Below, in pieces: positions 30,899 to 39,576 of a stretch of 64,000 nucleotides of DNA. The notes below the pieces were generated by a model. The model ran no database searches, was not told where the DNA came from, and saw only the letters and a list, made by a program, of their open reading frames with translations. Origin of the DNA: an uncultured Gammaproteobacteria bacterium (lineage in GTDB: Bacteria > Patescibacteriota > Patescibacteriia > UBA1558 > GWA2-36-10); contig CAZWIT010000001.1 of the NCBI GenBank assembly GCA_964633905.1, positions 329 to 64,328 of the forward strand. Direction: 5' to 3'. Position 1 is the first letter of the stretch. Every line of letters begins with the position of its first letter. The position numbers and the translations under genes are program-made.

Positions 30899-31276
30899 AT
30901 GAAATTATCTAAACAGTCATTATATATTTTGGCTACTTTTTTCTGGGCGGGTTTTATTTATTTTTTATCTGCTCAGCCAGACTTAAAAACATCATTGCCA
31001 ACTTGGTATGATTTGATTTTAAGAAAAATGGCTCATATTTTTGTTTTTGCAGTTTTAACTTATTTACTGGCTAAAACTTTTACTAAGCATAATAGGGGTA
31101 TTATTTTATTAGTAATTATACTAGCTATCTTTTACGCTTTGAGTGATGAAATTCATCAGTTAAATGTAGAAGGGCGTTATGGTAGTGCTAAAGATATTTT
31201 AATTGATAGCATTGGAGTGTTTTTAGGCATTTTTTATTTAAGACGAAAATATTATTTTAAAATTTTTAAAAAATAA
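30899..31276 (+). CDS. VanZ-like family membrane protein
   Basis: Four TM helices with the conserved SDEIHQ motif typical of VanZ-like proteins. Confidence 0.65.
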   Translation: MKLSKQSLYILATFFWAGFIYFLSAQPDLKTSLPTWYDLILRKMAHIFVFAVLTYLLAKTFTKHNRGIILLVIILAIFYALSDEIHQLNVEGRYGSAKDILIDSIGVFLGIFYLRRKYYFKIFKK

Positions 31277-31279
31277 AAT

Positions 31280-31318
31280 ACAGCCCTGCATCATACGGTG
31301 CAGGGCTGTATTTTATTT
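31280..31318. terminator. Bidirectional intrinsic terminator (VanZ-like gene / rplT)
   Basis: acagccctgca-tcatacgg-tgcagggctgt hairpin, with T-runs on both strands. Confidence 0.7.
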
Positions 31319-31324
31319 AGAGAA

Positions 31325-31672
31325 TTATTTTTTTAAACTTTTGATTAAGTTAGCAAAAGCTTCTGGTTGTTGTTTAGCAAGAATTGCTAAAACTTTGCGA
31401 TCTAATTCAACTTTATTTTTCTTAAGCAAATCAATAAAGCGAGAATAATTTAAATCATGTTCGCGGACAGCAGCATTGATAGATACTTGCCAGCTAGCAC
31501 GGGCCACTCTTTTTTTATTGTGGCGATCACGTAAGGCGTGTTTACCAGCGTGTAAAATAGCTTCACGAGCTACCTTGATCTTATTTTTGCGTCCCCAATT
31601 ATAACCCTTAGTTTTCTTTAAAACATTCTTGCGTCTCTTGATGTGGGCTTTACCTCTTTTTACTCTAGGCAT
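31325..31672 (-). CDS. rplT: 50S ribosomal protein L20
   Basis: MPRVKRGKAHIKRRKNVLKKTKGY... is the canonical L20 N-terminus. Length 115 aa. Confidence 0.9.
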   Translation of the reverse strand: MPRVKRGKAHIKRRKNVLKKTKGYNWGRKNKIKVAREAILHAGKHALRDRHNKKRVARASWQVSINAAVREHDLNYSRFIDLLKKNKVELDRKVLAILAKQQPEAFANLIKSLKK

Positions 31673-31698
31673 ATCATTTATTACTTATAATTTATGGT

Positions 31699-31893
31699 TT
31701 ATAAATACGGTAACAATTTTGTTACAGCTTTTTTATTAACGGCAGACAATTGTTTGTCACGACGTTTATTTTTAGTTACTTTACCAGATTCGCGTGAATT
31801 AAAATGATCTTGGCCACCGCGTCTAATCATGATTTTGCCGCTGCCAGTAACTTTGACTCTTTTGCGGAATAGTTTTTTCGTCTTGAGTTTCAT
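31699..31893 (-). CDS. rpmI: 50S ribosomal protein L35
   Basis: MKLKTKKLFRKRVKVTGSGKIMIRRGG, the L35 signature. Length 64 aa. Confidence 0.9.
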   Translation of the reverse strand: MKLKTKKLFRKRVKVTGSGKIMIRRGGQDHFNSRESGKVTKNKRRDKQLSAVNKKAVTKLLPYL

Positions 31894-31910
31894 AATATTA
31901 ATAAATTGGT

Positions 31911-32441
31911 TTATTTTTTGGTAATAATTATACTTAGAGTTCCGCCCATAATTTCTAATGGTTTATCAAGCTTATGCTCAAGCCCTAAAGTATTTAGAAA
32001 ATTTTCTAGCACTTCTTTGGCTTTTAAGCGGAAAGCTTTTTCGCGGCCTTTTAAACGTAGTTCGATCCTGGCTTTGTGACCTGCTTCTAAAAATTTTCGA
32101 GCCTGCTTTTGTTTAGTTTCAATATCGTGCTGGCCGATTTTTAAAGAAATACGAATTACTTTAGTATCAACTTTTTTCGTTTTATTTTTGCTACTTAAGC
32201 GATTTTGTTGATATTGCCATTTACCAAAATCAACAATACGACAGACAGGAGGCTGAGCTAAAGGGGATACCTCTACCAAGTCTAATTCTTGAGTACGAGC
32301 CATCTCTAAAGCTTGGGCAGTAGAAAATACGCCTAATTGTTCACCGTTTGAATCAATCACTCGCACTTCTTGAGCACGGATGTATTGATTGATTCGGTAA
32401 AATTTGCCGCTCGGTTGCGGTCGATTAAATCTAGGGTTCAA
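31911..32441 (-). CDS. infC: Translation initiation factor IF-3
   Basis: IF-3 N- and C-domains (VRVIDSNGEQLGV...DLVEVSP). A non-ATG start (TTG at 32441) is typical of infC autoregulation. Confidence 0.9.
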   Translation of the reverse strand: MNPRFNRPQPSGKFYRINQYIRAQEVRVIDSNGEQLGVFSTAQALEMARTQELDLVEVSPLAQPPVCRIVDFGKWQYQQNRLSSKNKTKKVDTKVIRISLKIGQHDIETKQKQARKFLEAGHKARIELRLKGREKAFRLKAKEVLENFLNTLGLEHKLDKPLEIMGGTLSIIITKK

Positions 32442-32639
32442 GTTTTTCTCTTAGTTTATTAAATGATGTCTTAATTATCCTTTAGGGATTTATAAAACAT
32501 GGGGGAAAATTATTGTGTTGTGCCTTTCGGCTCGCTTTGCTCGCTCAAGGCATTCGCCTCCTAGGTGGTCGGAGTCCGAGGCAAAGCCGAGGATGTAGAC
32601 CATGAGCGAAGTCCCGAGTATACGAGGGACGGAGTCGAA
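32442..32639 (-). promoter_or_regulatory. Structured, GC-enriched 5' leader of the infC-rpmI-rplT operon; candidate L20-binding autoregulatory leader
   Basis: About 200 nt between the tmRNA 3' end and the infC start. It is markedly GC-richer than its surroundings and contains multiple complementary segments (GGCTCGCTTTGCTCGCTCAAGG, GGTCGGAGTCCGAGGCAAAGCCGAGG). L20-mediated leader regulation upstream of infC is established in Firmicutes. Confidence 0.45.
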
Positions 32640-33015
32640 TGGTGGAGATGAGGGGGATTACACCCCTGTCTGGAAAGTGTAGAAACAGATTTCTACCAGC
32701 CTAGTTAATTTTTTTGTTTTAATACTTAGCTTGAAAATTAACAAAATGCTAAATATCTAGTTAACAAAATTTCAGGCTAAATAAGTTAACGTTATTTAGC
32801 TTAAAGCCTGTTTTATAACGCCTGCTAAATCCGCTCAGGCTAGCAAATTTAGAGACGGTCTTAGGTTAAGCTAAGACTGGGGAGAGCTGAGGAGCTAAAA
32901 GCCCTTTGACTCTCGCAAATAAGTTGTTTTTGGCACTTATTGTTGTACGATTTTACAGTTCGCGAACTGGCTGGCCATCTATCCTTTCACTAACCGTCGA
33001 ATATGAAACATCCCC
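32640..33015 (-). ncRNA. ssrA: tmRNA (ssrA)
   Basis: The minus strand begins GGGGAUGUUUCAUAUUCGACGG, matching the tmRNA 5' consensus GGGGnnGnnnnGGAUUCGACGGG. It ends ...CAGGGGUGUAAUCCCCCUCAUCUCCACCA. The acceptor stem contains the G3-U70 alanine identity pair. A T-arm-like GGGGG/CCCCC stem is present. It lies directly downstream of smpB. Confidence 0.8.
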
Positions 33016-33028
33016 GTAAATGAAAAGG

Positions 33029-33475
33029 TTAATTTTTGAGATGTTGCGCAATACTACGCTTCAACTCACGTTTTTTGATGTCCTGTCGTTTGTCAAATTG
33101 CTTTTTTCCTTTAACTAAAGCGATTTTCATCTTAATTAACCTGCGCGTAGTATACACTGAAACCGGCACTATTGTCAAGCCCTTGGAGTCGGTTTTATTG
33201 GCTAAATATAGCATTTCTTTACGGTGTAATAGTAAAGCGCGTTCCCGTTCTGGGTTATAGGAAGCCAAAGTTTTAGCCGCTTTTTGGTAAGGGGCAATAT
33301 ACATTTTTTTAAGAGTTGCTTTGTTATTTTTTATAGAAATAAAGGCACCTTTTAAATCAGCGTGTCCAGATTTTAAGGATTTTACCTCTGGTCCTGTTAA
33401 AACTAAACCAGCCTCCATTTCTTCTAAAACCTGAAAGCTACGGTTAAAACTTTTATTATGCACTAGTGTCCCCAT
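33029..33475 (-). CDS. smpB: SsrA-binding protein SmpB
   Basis: 148 aa with conserved SmpB sequence (GLVLTGPEVKSLKSG..., KKMYIAPY, C-terminal basic tail). Confidence 0.9.
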   Translation of the reverse strand: MGTLVHNKSFNRSFQVLEEMEAGLVLTGPEVKSLKSGHADLKGAFISIKNNKATLKKMYIAPYQKAAKTLASYNPERERALLLHRKEMLYLANKTDSKGLTIVPVSVYTTRRLIKMKIALVKGKKQFDKRQDIKKRELKRSIAQHLKN

Positions 33476-33502
33476 AATTATTCAAATCTTTTATCTTAGA
33501 CC

Positions 33503-33523
33503 TTATCTAGACTATAACATAAA
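33503..33523 (-). promoter_or_regulatory. 21-bp direct-repeat motif, copy 1 (ttatctagactataacataaa), upstream of smpB
   Basis: Exact 21-mer shared with 35145-35165. On the minus strand it reads tttatgTTATAGTctagataa, which contains a -10-like TATAGT. It lies 28 nt upstream of the smpB start. Confidence 0.5.
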
Positions 33524-33553
33524 ACTGGAGGCTAGTCATGTAGATATTAGATA

Positions 33554-35131
33554 TTAATATTTTGAATATATTTTAATGTCACCACTGGCTATTATTTCTT
33601 CTTTAGGGAAATTTTGGAGCATCCATTGCATTAATTCGCTATTAGTATCAAATCTTGGCCAGCTTTTAGGTATAAAAATTAGCTTATCAGCATGGGTAAG
33701 AAGTTCATTTTTTAATTTATCTAAATCAGCTTGGGGCAGATAAGGAGATGGTAGTATGTCGTAGGAACTGGGGTTTTCTATTTTATAAAAATAATAATAA
33801 CCTGGGGCATAGGGGAAAAAGAAGAGGCGTTGCTTTGCTAGAGAATTTTTCAGTAGTTCATCTAGCGTTGCTAATTCTTTTACTAAAGGACTTTGTTTGT
33901 TAGGATCAATATTCATTTTCCATTGCTGGTTAAGATAAAATATACCTTGCGGTGTTTTAATTTCGCTTTGATATTTTTTAGGTGCGTTTATGCCCGCTGA
34001 TTTATAAAAATAAATTGATTGGCTTGTCATGTACCAGCCAACAAAAAAAATCAAAATTGTAGGTATTAATAACTTATAAATATTTATTATTTCTTTTAAA
34101 TTAGCTCGCTGGTAAATTATTTTAAATTTTTGCCAAATTATTTGAGTAATTATTACCAGTGATGTTATTAGAAGTAAATAGAAAAATGAACTAATAAGAG
34201 TAAAGTGAAAAAATTCAATGTGGTAAAATATTGATAGCACTAAAGCAGTATGTATTAGTAAAAATATAAAATATGGCATTTTCCATTTTGTTTGTGGCCA
34301 AGGTTTTAAAAAAAATAAAAAATAAAAAGGTAGCGCTAGAGAGAAAAATTTAACTAATTGGTATGTAGATAAAGGAGGATTAAATTTTGGATAAAATACA
34401 ATATTATTAGTTACTATTTGAGTCCAAGTAATTGACCATAAATTTTGGGCGCTTAAGATAATAAAAATACCAAGTGCTATTATGATAGGAGGAGTAATAA
34501 ATAAGAGGAGGCCTTTTTTCCGCTCTAGCTTATTATTTTTTAGTAAAACTAGACTAAGAATAATTGGGGCTACAAATATAGTTTTATTGCTTAGGGTAAG
34601 GCCAGCGCAGCTTAAAAAAATACCAGCTAGCAACAAGTCAATTGGTTTACGTCTACCAAGGACTAAGCGGGCGGCGATATTTATGCAGAGTAAGAATTGC
34701 CAGTGAAGTGAGATAAAAGGCCACAGGGGAAAAACCATAAAAGCAAAAATAAGACCAGTCATAATTCCAATCCAGCGTGAAAATAAAGAGCCCAGCCAGA
34801 TTATAGAGCCAATTAATAGAAGGGCTGATAAAAAATTAAACCAGAGCACACTACTGTATTCTTCGCCAAAAACAGCCATCCAAGCAGCTAGTGGATAATA
34901 GCTAGAGCCGGGCATAAATGAATAAAAATCACGATGCGGTATTTGGCCATGTAAAATTCTTTGGGCAGCTTGAGTTATAATTGCTTCATCGCCAAAATTA
35001 CCATAGGCGCCCATGGGTGAGGAAGTGGTAAAAATTTGTTGCCAAACATTAAAAATTATTATAATTAATAAAAATATAAATATAATATTTTTAATATCAA
35101 GTAGATATTTTTTAATAAGGGTATGATCCAT
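33554..35131 (-). CDS. Polytopic membrane glycosyltransferase, GT-C fold (ArnT/PMT-like, GT39/GT83-type)
   Basis: 525 aa with more than 10 TM helices. The N-terminal region has Asp/Glu-containing loops and a YxxxPG-like segment typical of ArnT/PMT-family lipid-linked sugar transferases. Family assignment is tentative. Confidence 0.45.
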   Translation of the reverse strand: MDHTLIKKYLLDIKNIIFIFLLIIIIFNVWQQIFTTSSPMGAYGNFGDEAIITQAAQRILHGQIPHRDFYSFMPGSSYYPLAAWMAVFGEEYSSVLWFNFLSALLLIGSIIWLGSLFSRWIGIMTGLIFAFMVFPLWPFISLHWQFLLCINIAARLVLGRRKPIDLLLAGIFLSCAGLTLSNKTIFVAPIILSLVLLKNNKLERKKGLLLFITPPIIIALGIFIILSAQNLWSITWTQIVTNNIVFYPKFNPPLSTYQLVKFFSLALPFYFLFFLKPWPQTKWKMPYFIFLLIHTALVLSIFYHIEFFHFTLISSFFYLLLITSLVIITQIIWQKFKIIYQRANLKEIINIYKLLIPTILIFFVGWYMTSQSIYFYKSAGINAPKKYQSEIKTPQGIFYLNQQWKMNIDPNKQSPLVKELATLDELLKNSLAKQRLFFFPYAPGYYYFYKIENPSSYDILPSPYLPQADLDKLKNELLTHADKLIFIPKSWPRFDTNSELMQWMLQNFPKEEIIASGDIKIYSKY

Positions 35132-35144
35132 GAATTGTCTATAT

Positions 35145-35165
35145 TTATCTAGACTATAACATAAA
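35145..35165 (-). promoter_or_regulatory. 21-bp direct-repeat motif, copy 2, upstream of the glycosyltransferase gene
   Basis: Identical 21-mer, 14 nt upstream of the ATG at 35131. Confidence 0.5.
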
Positions 35166-35187
35166 TAAATCTATTTTCCAATTAAAA

Positions 35188-38160
35188 TTAAGTAGCCAAT
35201 GTCTGAATAGCTATTATTAAATCCTTTAGTTTAAAGGCGCTGCTGTTGTCGTAAATAATTTTTAATTGTTGCTTATGATATTGCCAAATGGGTTGGATAT
35301 TTAAAATTCTATCTATTTTTTTAAAATCAGCTTCACCTAAAAAGTTAATACTTAAGTATTGTTTATTTTGGCTTAGGTAGGAATTGATACTGACAATATT
35401 AGTATCTTGGGCTAATACTTTTATTTTTTGGAGTTGCCAAATATTTTTTAAAGCATCAGTCTCAGAGGCCTGAATATTGCTTTCAATAATATTTAAATCT
35501 TTTTGGCGGCTAACTTTTTGATAAAAGTTTATTTTATCTACTAGGGTATCAAAATTTTTATCAGGTAAATTAGTATCAAGTGGTAATTTTATTTCAATAT
35601 CACGCCAAGGTTTACTGATTTGACCTTTAAGTTCATTAATAGTTTCGGCAATTAAATTTTGATACATGCCTAAGCCAATAGTTTTGACTTTACCAGATTG
35701 AGCTTTGCCTAAAATCTGACCAACGCCTCTTAGCTCTAAATCGCGACTAGCAATTTTAAAACCATCGCCTAAAGAGCTAGCTTGTTTTAGTTGACGTAAA
35801 CGTAGTGCTGGTAGTCCAGATAGTTTTTCGGAACTATAAAGAAAGTAAGCATAAGCTTGAATATCAGAACGACCAATACGACCGCGCAGTTGATGTAGTT
35901 GTGATAAACCAAAACGAGTAGCTTCAGTTACAATCAAAGTATTGGCACTAGGTATATCTAAGCCATTGGCAATAATAGTTGAGCAGACCAAAATATCTAT
36001 TTGGCCGGTGTCAAATTGGTGCATGATATGGGCTAGCTGTTCATCAGCCAGCTGGCCATGGGCAATAGCAATTCTGCTTTTAGGAAAAAGTTTAGCCAAT
36101 TTTTTATAAGCAAAATCAATAGTTTCAACGCGGTTATGTAAAAAATAAACTTGACCTTGGCGTTTTAATTCTTGAGAAATAGCTTTGACAACTATTTCTT
36201 CTTGCTCTGGTAAAATTTCAGTAATGATATTTTTACGATTACGAATGGGATCGGTGATTAAGCTAATATCTTTAATCATAGATAATGCCAAATGCAAAGT
36301 GCGGGGTATAGGAGTGGCAGTCAAAGTCAAAACATGAATATTATTTTTATATTTTTTTAATTTTTCTTTATCAGCTACACCAAAATTTTGTTCTTCATCA
36401 ATAATCAAAAGTTGCAGAGCCGGGATAATTACATCTTTGGAAAGCAAACGATGAGTACCAATAATAATATCTATTTCTTTGTTTTTGAGTGCCGTTAAAG
36501 TAGTCTGAATTTCTTTGGCACTTTGCCAGCGTGTTAGTAAAGCTACTCTAATGCCAAAGGCGCTTAGGCGTTTTTCAAAATTATCAAAATGTTGTTGGGC
36601 TAAGATGGTAGTTGGACAAAGCAAAACTGTTTGGTAGCCATTGGCAGCGGTAGTTGCAGCTGCGCGCAGAGCAATTTCCGTTTTACCAAAACCAACATCG
36701 CCAGCTATTAGCCGATCAGCTGGCCAAGCATTAATTAAATCACTTTGGACATCTTGCCAAGCTTGGGCCTGAGAAGTTGTTAATTTATAAGGGAAAGAGT
36801 TATTAATTTCTTGACTTAAGTTATTATTTGGCAATTTAACAGCTGGGTGTAATTTACGGGTTGCTTCAGTAATCAATAACTGGTTAGCTAGTTCTACGGT
36901 TTGGCTTTTGATTTTACGTAAAGTTTGGGGCCAAGTATTATCAATTGATAAACGATTAATTTTTGGATTAGGTGGTCCTAAATACTTTTCGACTTTATCA
37001 AGGTGATCTAGAGGTACAAATAAAGTATCGCTAGCTGCATATTGTAAAACTAAATATTCAATTTCTTGCCCATCGACTAGCATGGTTTTATGGTCTTTGA
37101 GTTTGGCAATGCCATGATCACGGTGCACTACTAAATCACCGATATTAAATTCGGGTAGCCAATTTTCGCTGGTCTGATTGGTACTGGCACTTTCTACTAA
37201 AAAGAAAATTTGGTCGCAAACAGTAATTATTTTTTGATTAGCAATCAGTTTTGTATCGGGCCAGCTTAAGGCTCTATTCCAGTCAATTAATTTTACTTTT
37301 AATTTATGCTCGCTAATAATATTTTTGGCTAAACTTAAATTTTTACTAAACCAAAATATTTCGTAGTCAGGAAAGCTTTTTAATAATTTGATTTTATCCT
37401 GACCTTGATCAAATAAATTATTTAAACTTTGGCTGCTAAAATTAAAATCAGCTTTTTTAGCTAAAGGGTCAATAATGATTTGGGAATTTTTTAAATCAAT
37501 AAATAAATTTTTATACTCTGCATCGCAGATGAGTAAGCTGTGTTCTTTTAAGGAATTTAAAAATTTTTGCTTGTTGACAATTTCGGCTGGCCAGAGAATA
37601 AGATTATTAATATTTTTTGTTTCATTAGTTAGGGTATTTATTTCTTGAATACTACTAATCTCATTAAAATTGTATTCTAATCGATAGATAATATAATTTT
37701 GGTAAAGATCAACTATTTGTCCGCGGATGCTAAAACTAAAATTTTGGCTAGCCTGTGTTTCTCGTGTCCAAGCAATTTTTATTAAATTGCGACTTAGGTC
37801 CGATAAAGTATAAATTTGCCCTAAATTTAAAGCTAAACTATTTTTTTGAAAATTATGCCAGTCTGGGACTAGAGTTTCCAAATTACTAATGGTAGTTAAA
37901 ATCAAGCAATCTTTATTTTGTTGGTAAGCTAAAAATATTTCCGGATTAATATCTTCTTGCTCGGTCCAAGTATATATTTTTTTATTAAAGTTGTTTAAGT
38001 TATTTTGCCAACAGTGTAGTAAATCAGACCAGATTTTTATTTCTTTATTATTTTTTAAAAACCAAAAAGCCGCCCCATTTTGTTTAAGTAGGGGGGTAGT
38101 TGTTAGAGCTAAAGTCTGATCAAGCGCTGCATCCGATACAGCAAGGGTAGTCGGCAGCAT
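35188..38160 (-). CDS. mfd: Transcription-repair coupling factor Mfd (short form, about 990 aa)
   Basis: CarD/TRCF RNAP-interacting domain (GDLVVHRDHGIAKL...LVLQYAASDTLFVPLDHLDKVEKY). Superfamily-2 helicase motifs I (DVGFGKTEIALRAA), II (DEEQ), III and VI. The N-terminal UvrB-homology region is shortened. Confidence 0.8.
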   Translation of the reverse strand: MLPTTLAVSDAALDQTLALTTTPLLKQNGAAFWFLKNNKEIKIWSDLLHCWQNNLNNFNKKIYTWTEQEDINPEIFLAYQQNKDCLILTTISNLETLVPDWHNFQKNSLALNLGQIYTLSDLSRNLIKIAWTRETQASQNFSFSIRGQIVDLYQNYIIYRLEYNFNEISSIQEINTLTNETKNINNLILWPAEIVNKQKFLNSLKEHSLLICDAEYKNLFIDLKNSQIIIDPLAKKADFNFSSQSLNNLFDQGQDKIKLLKSFPDYEIFWFSKNLSLAKNIISEHKLKVKLIDWNRALSWPDTKLIANQKIITVCDQIFFLVESASTNQTSENWLPEFNIGDLVVHRDHGIAKLKDHKTMLVDGQEIEYLVLQYAASDTLFVPLDHLDKVEKYLGPPNPKINRLSIDNTWPQTLRKIKSQTVELANQLLITEATRKLHPAVKLPNNNLSQEINNSFPYKLTTSQAQAWQDVQSDLINAWPADRLIAGDVGFGKTEIALRAAATTAANGYQTVLLCPTTILAQQHFDNFEKRLSAFGIRVALLTRWQSAKEIQTTLTALKNKEIDIIIGTHRLLSKDVIIPALQLLIIDEEQNFGVADKEKLKKYKNNIHVLTLTATPIPRTLHLALSMIKDISLITDPIRNRKNIITEILPEQEEIVVKAISQELKRQGQVYFLHNRVETIDFAYKKLAKLFPKSRIAIAHGQLADEQLAHIMHQFDTGQIDILVCSTIIANGLDIPSANTLIVTEATRFGLSQLHQLRGRIGRSDIQAYAYFLYSSEKLSGLPALRLRQLKQASSLGDGFKIASRDLELRGVGQILGKAQSGKVKTIGLGMYQNLIAETINELKGQISKPWRDIEIKLPLDTNLPDKNFDTLVDKINFYQKVSRQKDLNIIESNIQASETDALKNIWQLQKIKVLAQDTNIVSINSYLSQNKQYLSINFLGEADFKKIDRILNIQPIWQYHKQQLKIIYDNSSAFKLKDLIIAIQTLAT

Positions 38161-38235
38161 AAAATTATTAATAGTTAGTTTAAGTACTAACTATTTTGCT
38201 ATTCTACTGGTTTTTTTGATTTTTGGCAATATGTA

Positions 38236-38868
38236 TTGTTTTTATTCAAGTTTTATTATATGATTTATGTATTAAATATTGATATAAAATTTATGAACAA
38301 AGAAAATTTTTCTCCTGAAAATGTTGGGGGATCAGGCGATGCTAATGCTGACATCCATAATCATAATGCCGATTTTAGTGATTACAACATGGATTCTGAT
38401 ATGGAGGAAGGCGGTCTTTTAGGTACCTTAGATAATTTAAAATTATCCGATGACCAGTTTGTATTTGTTTTGCAGCGCAGTGGTTATGATGGTATGTTAG
38501 CAGGTAAGATTAGAATGAGAGTAGGTGATTTGAGGCAGAGGCTTTTAGAAATTCGTGAAAAAGAAGCAAGAGGAGAAGACGCAATAGAACTGTATAATAT
38601 TAATAATGACAATGGATCCGTATGCATTAATCAAAACTTTAAAACGTCAAGATACATATATATAGAAGAAGCAACTCCAGAAATGATTGCTAGAGAGCAG
38701 GAATTAGAAAAAAGTCTTAAAATTTTTAAAGCTCTTCCCAGTTCTAGTATTAAGGGTTCATTTTTTAATGAGGAAGGTGAATTAGCGTTCACAGTGGAAG
38801 AAATTTTAGATTTTGCTGATAAGATTAGAGAGTATAAAGAACAGGTCAAATCAGAGGAAGGTAAATAA
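38236..38868 (+). CDS. Hypothetical acidic protein; true start probably ATG 38293 (MNKENFSPE...)
   Basis: ORF supported only by length. The N-terminal 19 codons of the track ORF are AT-rich and may be leader sequence. Confidence 0.45.
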   Translation: MFLFKFYYMIYVLNIDIKFMNKENFSPENVGGSGDANADIHNHNADFSDYNMDSDMEEGGLLGTLDNLKLSDDQFVFVLQRSGYDGMLAGKIRMRVGDLRQRLLEIREKEARGEDAIELYNINNDNGSVCINQNFKTSRYIYIEEATPEMIAREQELEKSLKIFKALPSSSIKGSFFNEEGELAFTVEEILDFADKIREYKEQVKSEEGK

Positions 38869-38891
38869 AACTATATTTTTTGATATTAAAT

Positions 38892-38925
38892 AAAACCCAA
38901 CTACTAGCTGGGTTTTATTTTTCAC
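38892..38925 (+). terminator. Intrinsic terminator
   Basis: aaccca...tgggtt hairpin followed by TTTTATTTTT. Confidence 0.55.
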
Positions 38926-38971
38926 ATAAAATCAGTTATAATATAAATATTAAATAATTAATTTAAATAAT

Positions 38972-39184
38972 ATGGTATTTGGTTATTTTTTCATTATTGT
39001 TGGTATTTTATTATTACTTAAAGAGCTGGGTTTGATTGCTGGTAGTTTTTGGGGATTTTTGTGGGCCATGCTTTTTATTGTAGTTGGTTTAAGTATGGTG
39101 GCTGGTAAAAAAGAAGATGCTGGCTGTGGTTTGCCTTGGTGTAGACACAATCACAAAAAACATCACGATGATCCTTTAGCTTAA
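38972..39184 (+). CDS. Small membrane protein with a His-rich C-terminal tail
   Basis: 70 aa, two TM helices, C-terminal GCGLPWCRHNHKKHHDD. Confidence 0.4.
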   Translation: MVFGYFFIIVGILLLLKELGLIAGSFWGFLWAMLFIVVGLSMVAGKKEDAGCGLPWCRHNHKKHHDDPLA

Positions 39185-39576
39185 TGCCGACTATTAAAGT
39201 AAATCAAGATTTTAGTTTGACTATTAAAAAGTCAAAGTTTTTGGCTTATGCTTTTAAAGTAAGTAGTGAAGCTGAAGTTCTTCAATTTTTAGTTAATCTA
39301 AAAAAAGAGCATAACAAAGCTAGGCATATTGTTTATGCTTATCGAATTTTAGAATCAGGTCAAATAAAAGAAAGGGTACATAATGATGGTGAACCCAGTA
39401 AATCGGCTGGCTGGCCAATTTATAATCTCCTCAAAATGCAGGATATTGTTGACTGTTTAATAGTAGTAGTGCGTTATTATGGTGGTATTAAATTGGGAGT
39501 AGGCGGTCTGGTACGAGCTTACACGGAAGCGGCTCAAACAGTAATCAAGGATAATTTAACGAATGTCAGATTTTAA
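39184..39576 (+). CDS. IMPACT/YigZ family protein (UPF0029)
   Basis: Conserved HIVYAYRI...GEPSKSAGWPI...GGIKLG segments of the IMPACT N-domain. Confidence 0.75.
   Translation: MPTIKVNQDFSLTIKKSKFLAYAFKVSSEAEVLQFLVNLKKEHNKARHIVYAYRILESGQIKERVHNDGEPSKSAGWPIYNLLKMQDIVDCLIVVVRYYGGIKLGVGGLVRAYTEAAQTVIKDNLTNVRF

Noticed and set aside
30283-31320. Genomic island or prophage remnant integrated at tRNA-Asp
   Set aside because: No integrase, no direct repeat of the tRNA 3' end and no phage-like genes are present. Only two small unannotated genes were found, and these are reported as a low-interest finding.
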